DNA of 64,000 nucleotides from Candidatus Marinacidobacterales bacterium (lineage in GTDB: Bacteria > Acidobacteriota > Vicinamibacteria > Marinacidobacterales > SMYC01), in contig OZ250169.1 of assembly GCA_965237955.1 (NCBI GenBank), forward strand, positions 2,624,001 to 2,688,000, written 5' to 3'. The notes beneath the pieces were generated by a model that did no database searches, had not been told where the DNA came from, and worked only from the letters and a program-made list of their open reading frames with translations. Below, one piece after another: positions 43,501 to 54,647 of this stretch (positions within the stretch are counted from its first letter, which is position 1; each line of letters starts with the position of its first letter). A program made the translations under genes and the position numbers.

Positions 43501-44785
43501 ACGCTAGCGCAGCCTGCAGGCCCCCGGGGCTCTCCAGATCCAAGGGCGGCATCTTATAATGCGAGCCCCGAGGCGCCAGTCGGTAGAGCCGGCCTCCCTC
43601 GACATCGCCCATTCGATGCCCGCCTACTCCGGGATCAAACCAGTCGGCTACGATCAAGGATCCGTCGGGAGCCACCACGACATCGATCGGCCGGAACCAG
43701 TCGTCCTTCTCACTCGACAACAGGACCTCGACCTGCGCGCGAAACCCGGCACCCGACCGTTGAGGCCGGTAGGCACGCACTACACCGGGCCCGGCATCAG
43801 CGTGAAGCAACGTCCCCTGTAGCCTGGAAGGAAGCAGATCTCCTTCATAGACAGCCATGCCGGCCGGTGACCCGAAGCCGGTTCGAATCATTTTGGGGAT
43901 CACCCCAGCCCGATCTTCGTTCCAGTGCACGGCATCCAGACGCCGATCTCCCATCCGTTGGGGCCAGTATCCATAATAGCCGCCCTCCATCACATAGTTG
44001 ACCCTGCACTGTTGGTTGCCATCGTCGTCATTATCCGAGATGAAAACGATGCCGAAGGAATCCACCGCCGGCTCGTAAGGGTTACGCATCCCGTCTGCCA
44101 GGACCTCCAAATGCTTGCCTTCGAGATCGCTTCTTAGCACGGTGGCAGCACGGTAGGGCTCTCCTTCTCTGCCGGCTCGGATTCGATGACCCGATCCGTC
44201 AGTGACATCCAGACCCTCGTCCCCATTGCTCATGTATAGAAGACCATCCGGACCGAAGACGACACCGTGGAGACCATGGTCGTGGTCTACTCCTCCGAAA
44301 CCGCCTAGAACCACCGTTTTACGGTCGGCCACTCCGTCCCCATCCAGGTCCTGAAGATAGAACAGCTCTGGCGATTGGCACACATAAACCCGATCGCCCA
44401 AGACCGCTACACACAAGGGTGATTGCAGACTCGGATCCTGGTAGAACGTGTGGGCCTCGTCGGCTCGACCATCTCCGTCCGTGTCCTCCAATACCCGTAT
44501 CCGATCACCCTTCGGCTCGACAACATCCTGGTTGAAGAGCCGGTAGTTGACAGCCTCCGCCACCCAGACACGCCCCTCGGCATCCACATCGACAGCAGTC
44601 GGATTTCGCAGTTCGGGCTCGGCCGCAAAGAGACTCACTTCCAACCCTTCTGCTACCTGCATGACCTCCAGCGACTGCTGCGGCGCCAACTTGGAAGTGG
44701 CTACCGGCGGACTGACGCTAGAACACGTCGAAGACATCAACACCAGCCCGCCGGAAAAGAGGCCAAGACTACCCCGCAACCACAT
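40576..44785 (-). pseudogene. PVC-type heme-binding CxxCH protein (beta-propeller, HEAT repeats, cytochrome c), split by IS630 and frameshifted near 43255
   Basis: LEDTDGDGRAD, GMRNPY, WFRPID, CSNCH, GPDL and SLMP. Removing the IS and one TA restores ...WLLDLAA... Confidence 0.9.
41958..43140 (+). mobile_element. IS630 family element, copy 2 (intact 370-aa transposase, 42015-43127)
   Basis: HTH plus [16 protein letters not shown] and SWLNFAE; TA duplication inside CTAG. Confidence 0.97.
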
Positions 44786-44927
44786 GGGCCTAACTATAAA
44801 GCGTAGCTACCGGCATTTAAAAGGCAGGCAGCCTTGGCGACCCTTGAACCGTGGGAAGCAAGTGGGTTGCACTTGGTACTTTGAAGACTCAACTTTAGAC
44901 TCGGAGAATCAGAGGACGTGACTCAGT

Positions 44928-45047
44928 GTGACGAACCAGGACATCAGCAGAGAAATCACAGCAGGGGTGACGACATTCCTCACCATGGCCTATGTGATTG
45001 TGATCAACCCAACCATAATGGCTGCGGAAGGCACAGGGATCCCGTAG
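44928..45047 (+). pseudogene. N-terminal fragment of an NCS2/AzgA nucleobase permease
   Basis: EITAGVTTFLTMAYVIVINPTIM; stops where transposon-like sequence begins. Confidence 0.75.
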
Positions 45048-45252
45048 TGTGCCAAAACTCAGTCGGAAGGCGAAGGCCATTATTATTAGAGACCTGCTCC
45101 ACTTGAATCGGGGGAAAGAGGATGTTCTCGGCCAGCATTTCGGCGCGGTTTCTTGAGGGCGTGGCGGCGCGATAGGTCAGAGATGGGCCTCAGGCTCGCC
45201 ATCGCGTTTCTCGAAGCCTTTGATCCTCGGCTGTGAAACGTGGCCGCTCCGC

Positions 45253-45925
45253 TTACGCTGCCTCACGATAGTAGTATCGGAGAATCCCGCCAAGACGTTC
45301 CCGACACTGAACGCTCCCCTCATTGGCGGGCCTGTCGGGCACTTCGGAGATCAACCTGTTGCCGAGACCTTGGTGATTTCTTTCCAGTTGGTAATGGGCG
45401 ACGTAAGCGCGAACGGTCGTGCGAAGATGATTCTCTCCGAGCGGAACGATCCTGTTGAGACACTCGTGCTTTATCGAACGAACAAACCGCTCCGCGTGAG
45501 CGTTCAGATTCGGACTCCTTGCGGGTAGTTTCACGGTCTCCACCCCTGCAGGGGAGAGCGTGGCACGGAATGACGCTGAGAACAGCGGGTGTTCTTCATC
45601 ATTATTGATCCGCCGGCCACGAAAGGCCATGACGGGCTCGGCGATGACGACGGCGGCAGGTTACACACTCAAATCAGTGCCGAGATCACTCGAGCATCGA
45701 GCTCAAAGGGCCGAAGAACGCGGGCCTGGCCCGCTCCGCCCGGCGACTTTACCGCGAACCGAAGCTGCACTACGCAGCTTCGCGCCATTCGTACCGATGG
45801 TGCAGTCCACCCACCCTCGGCAGCGCGACGACTTTCGCCGTCGACGAAGGTCGCGGCGTGATCGGCCTCTCGTCCGGCGTGTCTTTACCGAGTCCCAAGT
45901 GGCAGCGATCCTCGTGGTAGTAGCT
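45253..45925 (-). pseudogene. Two remnants of integrase-core (rve) transposases
   Basis: LPARSPNLNAHAERFVRSIKHECL...RLGGILRYY (45253-45600) and GGLHHRYEWREAA* (ending about 45766). Confidence 0.75.
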
Positions 45926-46072
45926 GATGTATGCCGACTACCGGATTATGCCGCGTAGAGTGGCCTGAGGCGCTTTGGCGCTGTCTTTAGCGGATTTCTA
46001 GTCGGCATAAAACTATCTGTTTTCTCGTGTCATGGTGACGCCTTCCCGGCCAATGCCGGGGAAGGAGGTCCT

Positions 46073-47287
46073 ATGACGACAATACCGCGCATCCGTATTA
46101 ACGGCCCACTCGTGCCTTTCGTCGGCAGAGTTTGGTCACACCTGCTTGCGCAGGGCTATAGACCGCGTACGAGCAAGAACTTATTGCATCTGGTGAGCCA
46201 TCTGAGCCGTTGGCTTGTTGCCGCTGGGCTGCGGCTGAGCGATCTCACGCGTGAAAGCATCGAGGCGTTTTTTGGCGATAGGAGACAAGCTGGTTACAAG
46301 AGTCATCTCACACCGTTGTCGCTCAGACCGATATTGCAGTATCTGGAGGCCGAAGGCGTTGTGTCGATTCCGGAAGTTCTGGTGACGCGCAACACGGTCG
46401 AAGAGCTCTTGGATGAATACGAGCACTTCCTTCTCAAAGAGCGCGGGCTCCAAGTCTCGACGGCCCGCTGTTACCGTCAGTATGCTGAGAAATTCCTATC
46501 CCATGGGTTTGACTCGAAATGCGTAGAACTCGGCTGCCTCGGCGCAGACGACATCACAACGTTCATACTGCACGAATCCAAAACGTCGAGCGTAGCCACC
46601 ACAAAGCTTGTGGTGACCGCGTTACGCTCGTTACTTCGCTTCCTGCATCTTCGAGGCGATCTCCAACGCGAGCTTGTAGGCGCAGTGCCTGGCGTCGCGG
46701 GTTGGCGACAAGCCGGCGTGCCCAAGTTCATTTCATCTCGAGAGCTTCGGCTACTTCTGAACAGCTGCGATCGCCGCCGCCACGTGGGTCGCCGTGATTT
46801 CGCCATCCTGGTTTTGCTCTCGCGACTCGGACTTCGCAGCTGTGAAGTCGCGGCCCTCCAACTCGACGATATCGATTGGCGAGCAGGTGAGCTCATCCTC
46901 CATGGCAAAGGCCATAGTGATGAGCGGCTACCTCTGCCCAGCGATGTTGGACAAGCGATTGCCGGATATCTGAAACGGGGACGGCCATCCTCACTCTCAG
47001 AATCTAGAGCATTTTTTCTTACGAGCCGGGCACCCTATCGGCGTTTATCTCGCGGTCGCGTCACTGGGATCGTCGCTGCGGCCTCAGCGCGTGCGGGTCT
47101 ACGGAGAATCAGCAGTCATCGTCTCCGCCATACTGCAGCAACGCAGATGCTCCGCAACGGAACATCGCTCACCGACGTTGCGCTTGTTCTGCGACATCGA
47201 AGCATCGATACGACTGCCATCTACGCCAAAGTCGACCACTCCACTTTGCGGGAGCTGGCACAGCCATGGCCAGGGGGTGAGGCATGA
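46073..47287 (+). CDS. Tyrosine recombinase (RitA)
   Basis: GLRSCEV, GKG, HRLRHT, LRHRS and TAIYAKVD. Confidence 0.92.
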   Translation: MTTIPRIRINGPLVPFVGRVWSHLLAQGYRPRTSKNLLHLVSHLSRWLVAAGLRLSDLTRESIEAFFGDRRQAGYKSHLTPLSLRPILQYLEAEGVVSIPEVLVTRNTVEELLDEYEHFLLKERGLQVSTARCYRQYAEKFLSHGFDSKCVELGCLGADDITTFILHESKTSSVATTKLVVTALRSLLRFLHLRGDLQRELVGAVPGVAGWRQAGVPKFISSRELRLLLNSCDRRRHVGRRDFAILVLLSRLGLRSCEVAALQLDDIDWRAGELILHGKGHSDERLPLPSDVGQAIAGYLKRGRPSSLSESRAFFLTSRAPYRRLSRGRVTGIVAAASARAGLRRISSHRLRHTAATQMLRNGTSLTDVALVLRHRSIDTTAIYAKVDHSTLRELAQPWPGGEA

Positions 47288-48198
47288 ACGCGCTTGGACT
47301 CGCTCTCGGGCTGTTCGTCGTGCTCTCGGCTTCAAACTTGACACAAACGAGCACCTGCTCCGCAACTTCGTCGAATACGCGCAACAACAGCATTCCTCGA
47401 TCGTGACGACAGCGTTGGCTTTGGATTGGGCCATCCAGTCGAACAACGTCGCGTCCATCACGCACGCTAACCGCCTCATCGCCGTGCGTGGTTTCGCGCG
47501 GTATCTGCACGCATCGGACCCACGGCACGAAGTTCCACCTGCCGAGCTGATCCCGTACCGCAAGATTCGATACGAGCCGTATATCTTACTCGGATGAGGA
47601 CGTTACAGCTCTGCTCGGCGAAGCCCAGGTGATTCCACATCCTTTGATGGCCGCCACCTACACCACCTTGTTTGGCCTGCTTGCTGTCACTGGAATGCGC
47701 CTTGGCGAGGCCCTCAGGCTCGACCGTGATGACGTCGACTGCAACAACGCGGTGCTCTTCGTCCGAGACTCCAAATTCAAGAAGTCGCGAGAACTACCGC
47801 TCCATTCGACGAGTCGGGATGCGATACGCACCTACGCTGAGCAACGCAATGAGTTCATCTCACGACCACGAGCACCGAGCTTCTTACTCTCTACCTCGGC
47901 AACGCGGCTCATCAGCCAAAACGTACACGCCAACTTTTTGAGACTCCGGAAAAGAGCTGGTCTGAATCACTGCCGCCCCCGCCGACCTCGGATTCACGAC
48001 CTGCGCCACTCGTTCGCAGTCAAGACGATTCGCCGCTGGTACGAAGCCGGTTTAGACGTCGAGCCGAGACTGCCTTCTTTGTCGACCTACCTCGGTCATG
48101 TCAGTCCAACATCAACCTACTGGTATCTGACCGCTACTCCTGATCTGATGGCGCTTGCCGGAAAACGACTCGAACGCGCTATGGAGAAACTGCCATGA
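47284..48198 (+). pseudogene. Tyrosine recombinase (RitB), two frameshifts
   Basis: RRALGFKL, TGMRLGEA, SKFKKSR, HDLRHSFAV and LGHVSPTSTYWYL; shifts near 47310 and 47590. Confidence 0.85.
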
Positions 48199-48260
48199 CC
48201 ACTCTCTGCCTTTGCTCGAAGCGCTTTTTCTCGATCGACTACTCCGGCAACAGCAGGCTA

Positions 48261-49754
48261 GCCGTGCTGCTCACACAGACATCATGCAGATTTCCGAGCA
48301 GGTTTTCGACGAGGCCCTGTTCTGGCGACACTCCGGACAGCAGGGCCAGCGCGTGAAGAGTCGCAGCGATGACAACTCGCTGCTCGATTTGCTGCGCTCC
48401 TGACCCGCTGCGCGGTTTTGCGCTGCTCGGAGAGCCGCTCAAGCACATTCTCCTCTCGGCCGAAGTACACCTCGTCCGGCGTGCGAGCGCCAAGAACGGC
48501 GCGCGGAATCTTTTCATTGTGCTCACCGACGTAGAAGGCGACGAGACGCCGCACCGCCGCCGGACTGTCGAGGGTGTTCAGGAAAAGCCACGCGTGCTTC
48601 AATTGTCGCCAAAACGCTTCGATCAATGAGTTCGAGCAGACGATGTCGATTTGCGCGAGCACGCGACTCAGAGAACTTGAATCCTCGAGAAGCTGCTCAA
48701 CCTCGCCGAAGTTCTCCGAACCGCCGTCGGTGACAACAAGCACGCTGGCGTTCGCTGCCGCGTCAGGGAGCTCCTCCGAGGCCTCGATGATGAGCTCGCG
48801 GGTCGTGGTCGAGAGCAGCTTGTCGCTCACCCGTCAAGCAAGAATCCTTCGGCTGAAATTGTCGATGACCGCCTGGAGGTAGATTCGGATGCCGGTCGTC
48901 AGCCGGATCACCGTCGCGTCGATCAGCCAATACTCGTTGGGACGCGTCGCCCTAAGGCCTTCTTTGGGCTTCACGGGATGCACTCGCGTTCGGGGACGCC
49001 TCCAGCCGCGCTCGCGAATCATCTTGTACCAGGTGCTTGCCGATGCGAAGAGCTTGCCAAGCCGCTGCGCGTAAAGCGCTAGGTTCTGGACGGCGATGTG
49101 GCGATAGGTCTCGGACTCGACGAAATCCCTCATCGTGGACACTTCTTCGCGCGTGAGCTGGCTTGGAAACGACTTTGGGCAACTCCGTTGATCGTCGAGC
49201 CCGCAGCCCTCTTCCCGGCGTCGCCACGCGTGATAACGCGCCGACGAGATGCCTACGATTCTAAGTGCGGTGCCCAACGACAGCCGGCCGCTCGCCGACG
49301 CAATCGCCCTCAAAACGACGGATTTGGTCGCCCCATCGGGAACGCGATCGGCGTCGAGTTTGCCTCCGCGGAGCCTCAACACTCGCACCAGTAACCCGAT
49401 GACCGCCGCCTGCACCTTGGCTCGCTGTCTTAGATCGTCGACCTGCTCCAATAGCTCGTAGACCTCCAGCTCAACGTCCACCGAAGCAACCACGGGCCGC
49501 ACCTCGCCGCGCGCCCAGGTGCGTCGCGTCGAGGCCGGGATGGCGACGTCCCGGAAAAGGTCCGCATTACCAGTCGCGGCGATGGCGTCACGCAGCCGAT
49601 GGTCGTAGCTCCGGCGAACTCGGTGGGTTCTCGTCATGCCCAAGAATGGCAGGGAGCTATTCTCATGACCAGCCGGCCGATGATGGCTGTCTGCAAAGGA
49701 TACTGTCGAACGTTCGCTCTCGATCCTCCACAATGATCGTGCGAGGAGCACGGC
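48261..49754 (-). mobile_element. DDE integrase-type IS (transposase 48282-49637 with an in-frame TGA)
   Basis: TIRs GCCGTGCT(G/C)CTC with TA on both outer sides; WLIDAT, IDNFSRRILA*RV, TDGGSEN and SNSLIEAFWR. Confidence 0.8.
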
Positions 49755-49886
49755 TACAACGGTAATGATGACGGTAGAAATAGTAATAAACGTAGGAGTT
49801 GGAAAAAAGAAAATGGAGTTGGTGGAGGCTCCAGCATGATATGCATGCTGATACCATTTTCAATGTTACAGTCCACTAGTTGCCGC

Positions 49887-51026
49887 GCCATCCTCCCGCG
49901 AGAGAGCGGCGCATCCGACCTGCCAATGGCGGACGCGATCCCGTTCCGCTCGCCGGAGTCGTTGCGCGTGAGCTTGCCGCTTAGCGACGGTCGTGCCACC
50001 GTGGGCATGGGAGTACCCGTTGGCGTTACCCTCATCGTGGGCGGCGGCTATCACGGAAAGAGCACCGTGTTGAAAGCGATCGAGCGCGGGGTCTACCCTC
50101 ATATTCCTGGGGATGGTCGCGAGGGCGTGGTCAGTCGCATCGACGCCGTGAAGATACGAGCCGAAGACGGCCGGCGGGTGTCATGCGTCGATATCAGCCC
50201 GTTCATCCAACGCCTCCCCCTGGGCCGTAGCACCGTGGATTTTTCGTCGGATGACGCAAGCGGTAGCACGAGCCAAGCGGCGAACATCATGGAAGCGCTC
50301 GAAGTCGGTGCCAAAGTGCTTCTTCTCGACGAAGACACCTCGGCGACGAACTTCATGATGCGCGACGCCCGCATGCAAGCTCTGGTCGCGAAGGACCGGG
50401 AGCCCATCCTGCCGTTTCTCGACCGCGTGCGCGAACTCTACCAGAGACTAGGGGTGTCTACCGTGCTGGTGATGGGCGGTTCGGGTGATTACTTCGAGCC
50501 CGCCGACAACATTATTAGAATGACCGAGTATGTTCCGGAAGACGTCACCGCGGAAGCGAAACGCATCGCGGCCGAGCGCCCGACAGGCCGCAACGCCGAA
50601 TCGGATCGCCCCTTCACTCTGACTCGCGAGCGACGACCGGTCCCGAGCTCGATCGACGCCTCTCGCGCCTCTCGATATCGAAGCGACGTCAAGATCGAGG
50701 CCCGGGGACGCGACCAGATTCTTTTCGGCCGCGAGACCCTCGACCTACGAGCAGTCGAACAGCTCGTCGATCCGAGTCAAACGCGCGCGACCGGATATGC
50801 CATGCACCTGGTGACGAAACGTTTTTCGGACGCGACGAGCCTGAACGCTATGATGGACCGTCTGGAATCGTTGTTCGACGAGGAGGGTCTCGACGTCCTT
50901 GCCCCGTTTTTACGCTCGGGCGGAGGCCCGGGTGAGCATCCGGGTAACTTCGCCAGACCAAGACGCTTCGAAGTCGCTTCTGGATTAAACCGGTTGCGCT
51001 CGGTCGAAATGGAGCCCGCTTCATGA
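49887..51026 (+). pseudogene. COG3044-type ABC-class ATPase, N-terminal part missing
   Basis: AILPRESG, GGGYHGKST, RAEDGR, ASGSTSQAA and DEDTSATNFM; preceded by unrelated AT-rich DNA. Confidence 0.8.
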
Positions 51027-52387
51027 ATGCTTTCTTGTTAGCCCTAGTTCTCGCCACGAATGCTCAAAGTCCAGTCGACATCCTGATAAGGGGCGGCACC
51101 GTCGTCACCATGGACGGTGAGCGGCGCGTGCTCGAATCTGGTGCGGTCGCCATCCGCGGCGACCACATCGAGGCCATTCTCTCCGCCTCGGATCCGCTTC
51201 CGGACGCGGCCGAGACGATCGATGCTTCCGGCCACCTCGTCATCCCGGGCCTCATCAACGCGCATGGCCACGCGGCGATGACGCTCCTTAGAGGCATCGC
51301 CGACGATCTCGCTCTTCTGGAATGGCTCGAGAACTACATCTTTCCCGCCGAAGCGCAGAATGTCGCGCCCGAGTTCGTCTACTGGGGATCGCTCCTTGGC
51401 TGCGTGGAGATGGCTCGCGGGGGCACCACCACCTATGCCGACATGTACTATTTCGAGGAGGAAGTCGCGCGCGCCACCGAAGCGGTCGGCATCCGCGGCG
51501 TGCTCGGCCAGTCTGTTATCGGCTTCCCCGCGCCCGACTACAAGACCCCAGAAGAAGCGCTAATAGGCGCCGAGGGCTTCATCGAGAAGTACAAATCCCA
51601 TCCACTCGTGATCCCTTCCATCGCGCCACACGCTCTCTACACGACGCCCCTCGAGATCGTCGCCAAGGCGCACGCAATCGCTCGCAAGCACGATGTCCCG
51701 TTCCAGATCCATGCGGTCGAGCCTCCGGAAGAAAACGATCAGATAATGGAGAAGCTCGGCAAGCGCACGATTCCGGCTCTCGACGATGCCGGGGTCCTCA
51801 CCCCGGGCGTCATCCTCCATCATGCGATTTGGCTTTCGGACGACGACATCCAACGCATCGCCATGAGCGGCGCGTCAGTGTCCCACAACCCGGAAAGCAA
51901 CATGAAGACCGCGTCGGGCCTCGCGCGTGTGCCCGAGCTCCTCGCCGCCGGGATCGCTGTCGGCCTCGGCACCGATGGAGCCGCGAGCAACAACAACCTC
52001 GACATGTTCGAAGAAATGGACACGGCGGCAAAGCTCCACAAGCTCGTGCGTGAGGATCCGACGGCGATGCCCGCGACCACGGTCTTTCACATGGCGACGA
52101 TGGGAGGCGCTAGAGCTCTCGGTATCGACGATAGAGTCGGCTCGCTCGAAGCCGGCAAGCTAGCCGACATCGTGCTCGTCGACGTCCGCGCTCCCGAGCT
52201 GACACCTCTCTACAATGTCTATTCCCACCTCGTCTATGCGATCAAAGGCGGGCACGTGGCAACGGTCCTCGTGGGAGGCCGAGTAGTCGTCCGTGACAAG
52301 GATGTCGTTGCGGTTGATGAGTCTGAAGTGATGGAGAAGGCGAACGAGCTGAAGGAGCAGATTCTTCGAAGTCTCGAGGCGCGCTAG
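51023..52387 (+). CDS. Amidohydrolase (MTA/SAH deaminase-like)
   Basis: NAHGH, HAVE, HNPESNMK, GTDG and GSLEAGKLAD. Confidence 0.9.
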   Translation: MNAFLLALVLATNAQSPVDILIRGGTVVTMDGERRVLESGAVAIRGDHIEAILSASDPLPDAAETIDASGHLVIPGLINAHGHAAMTLLRGIADDLALLEWLENYIFPAEAQNVAPEFVYWGSLLGCVEMARGGTTTYADMYYFEEEVARATEAVGIRGVLGQSVIGFPAPDYKTPEEALIGAEGFIEKYKSHPLVIPSIAPHALYTTPLEIVAKAHAIARKHDVPFQIHAVEPPEENDQIMEKLGKRTIPALDDAGVLTPGVILHHAIWLSDDDIQRIAMSGASVSHNPESNMKTASGLARVPELLAAGIAVGLGTDGAASNNNLDMFEEMDTAAKLHKLVREDPTAMPATTVFHMATMGGARALGIDDRVGSLEAGKLADIVLVDVRAPELTPLYNVYSHLVYAIKGGHVATVLVGGRVVVRDKDVVAVDESEVMEKANELKEQILRSLEAR

Positions 52388-54015
52388 TACTCCTCGTCTT
52401 TTTGAGCGCCGCCGAGATAACCCAAGCTCTCGAGGATACTTTCGGTCTCGCTGGACACGGCAGTCTCGCCCGATTCGTACAATGCCTTCGAAAGGCGCCG
52501 GCGCTCGGCACGAAAGCCTTCGGCAGATTCTTTGAGGGCGGCCGGATTGTGGGGACCGGCATCCTCGAGTAGATTGTTCTCTTCCCACGGATCGCTAGCG
52601 ACGTCGAACGCAATGCGTTTGAAGCCACGCCGCCACATCCACTTGTAAGGCCACCGGTACGACGCCATGCCGGTAAGCCCGCGCGTCTCATGGCTGAGAC
52701 CATAAGCCCCAAAAGGCTCGGGCTCGGGACAGGTGTTCGACTCCCAGCACTCGACCCAGGAACGTCCTTCCATCGCAACGTTCTGCAAACCGACGATGTC
52801 CAGAATCGTCGGGGCGACGTCGATTATGAGCCCGGGCCGATCTGCGATGACGTGACCCCCGGGTAATCCCGCACCGCGCATCATCCATACGATACGGAGT
52901 TGATCCTCGTACACGTGCGATGCGTGTCCCACGACGTCGTGCACAAAAAGCCCTTCGCCGTGGTCGGAGACCACGACAAGGAGAGTTTCATCGACAATCC
53001 CGAGAGAATCGAGCTTGTCGACGAGCTCACCGAGATAGCGATCCATCGTCGCCACGTTTTTCTCGTAGTTGGGCAACACCACTGAGGGGGGCGGCCGCTG
53101 CATTTGGCCCGAGAAGTGAAGCTCGAGCATCGTCGCGCTCCCCTCATCGTTCACGAGCTGGGTCTCGAAGCTTGGCTGCATCGGCGTGTGAACCTCGGGG
53201 AGCTCGTCCTCCGTGTAGTCGCGAAGCATGTCGGGCGATATCAGCAGGAGCTCGATTCCCGTCTCGGGGCGGTCGTCAGGCCGCGCTTCCCAGAGCGAAG
53301 TCCATCTCAACCGGTGCTCGCCCGGTAGAAGCTCGACGTCGACAAAATATTGCTCGGCACTCGCGAGGTTGTAGGTGCCGATCAGTTCATCATCCAACCA
53401 CAGCTCAGTATCCGGAGGTGCATCGGGGGTCACGTACGGCTCGTGCGGATCCGAGAAATGGACCCACAGAAAGAATGGCTCCTCCTTGTTGTCGTCGAGC
53501 CAGGATTTCAACGGCTCGACGATCTCATGCGCTCTGCGATACCAACGCTCGGGTCCTTCGACGAACGGGTCGTGAAAATCCTGGAAGCCCTGGTTCACCC
53601 CGAACGCACGCGTAAGCACTCCGAGCGTGATGAACGCACCGGTGCGGTAGCCCGCATCCCCCAGGACCTCAGCGAGCGTAGTCGCGCTGTCCGGAACTCG
53701 ATCGCCGTTGGCCATGACGCCGAGCGTAGGCGGAGATACACCGGTCAGGAGCGCGGCGTGCGACGGAAGCGTGATCGGCGTTTGCGTGTACGCGTTCTCG
53801 AAGCGCACGCCCTCCGCGGCCAAGCGATCGAGCACCGGCGTCGTCTCGACGTCTGGGTTGTAAGGCCCGGCCTTATCGACGTGAAGCGTGTCCAGCGAGA
53901 CGAGGACGATTCGGGGAACGCGGGAGCGAGCTCGCGACGCGCGGAAGTCGTCACAGCCGGAGACGAGCGTCGCCCCGACGAGAGCGCCGACGATTGAGAT
54001 GACGAGCCGGATCAC
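52384..54015 (-). CDS. Sulfatase-like hydrolase, lipoprotein
   Basis: SLDTL, TLPSHAALLTG, DPHEPY, SDHGE and C-terminal LESLGY. Confidence 0.88.
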   Translation of the reverse strand: MIRLVISIVGALVGATLVSGCDDFRASRARSRVPRIVLVSLDTLHVDKAGPYNPDVETTPVLDRLAAEGVRFENAYTQTPITLPSHAALLTGVSPPTLGVMANGDRVPDSATTLAEVLGDAGYRTGAFITLGVLTRAFGVNQGFQDFHDPFVEGPERWYRRAHEIVEPLKSWLDDNKEEPFFLWVHFSDPHEPYVTPDAPPDTELWLDDELIGTYNLASAEQYFVDVELLPGEHRLRWTSLWEARPDDRPETGIELLLISPDMLRDYTEDELPEVHTPMQPSFETQLVNDEGSATMLELHFSGQMQRPPPSVVLPNYEKNVATMDRYLGELVDKLDSLGIVDETLLVVVSDHGEGLFVHDVVGHASHVYEDQLRIVWMMRGAGLPGGHVIADRPGLIIDVAPTILDIVGLQNVAMEGRSWVECWESNTCPEPEPFGAYGLSHETRGLTGMASYRWPYKWMWRRGFKRIAFDVASDPWEENNLLEDAGPHNPAALKESAEGFRAERRRLSKALYESGETAVSSETESILESLGYLGGAQKDEEY

Positions 54016-54284
54016 GAGAGAAGCTCCATGAGCGGCTCCAAGAGAGCGCGGTTCGTACTCTTGCTCGATTCACCCATCTCTTCACCGAAGAGGCCGTGAT
54101 CAGGAAACCGCTTTTCAATGAGCCTGCGCAGAAGCTCCTCGCTGCCTCGGTCCGCAACGGTGACCGGCGACGCGTCCGGTTTGCGATCGACGCTGACTCC
54201 AGTCTGGAAGTGCGCCAACGTGAGCTGCCCGGCTTGAAACGCCGCGTTGGTGGCGAAATCGACGTATTCTCGAATGGAAACCAT
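54012..54284 (-). pseudogene. Inositol-monophosphatase/HisN family gene with a large internal deletion
   Basis: KPDASPVTVAD and FPDHGLFGEE, then directly NRALLEPLMELL*; the DPIDGT and WD motifs are absent. Confidence 0.8.
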
Positions 54285-54647
54285 GGTGCGCGCGAGATTA
54301 TAGCAAGCCGCGATCGACCCAGCCGCCAGCCTTCGCATGAAGCTTCGGCTGGCCCGCCGAAGCCAATGGCGAAGGCGGGTCGATCGGCCATCAGCCATCA
54401 GCTCGCATCGCGACTCTATACTAATAGCGCCGAAACGCTTGTTTTCCGGCGAAGAAAAACTTAACGGTAGTGGACCGGAGAGCCGACGAGAATGCCATCC
54501 GCATCGACAATCTCCGCCTCTTCGACGTCCGATTGTTTGCGAAGCACTCCTCGTGTGCCCTCGACCGTGCCGACTCCTTCGAGAACGGCGCGCGCGAACG
54601 TCTCCGTGTTCCAGGTGGGAAGTCATAGGCGATTAATATCGTCACCG

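Larger units (their letters stand above)
45929..48260 (+). mobile_element. RIT (recombinase-in-trio) element, truncated in the third gene
   Basis: Left end carries TATGCCG...TTATGCCG motifs; three overlapping tyrosine recombinase ORFs joined by ATGA overlaps. Confidence 0.8.

Noticed and set aside
14596-48836. Stop-codon reassignment suggested by in-frame TAG/TGA
   Set aside because: TAG and TGA end many intact genes here, and the three cases imply different codons and residues.
49757-49880. Small ORF in the AT-rich patch (e.g. YVYYYFYRHHYR frame)
   Set aside because: No RBS or recognisable motif; most likely a leftover fragment between two breakpoints.
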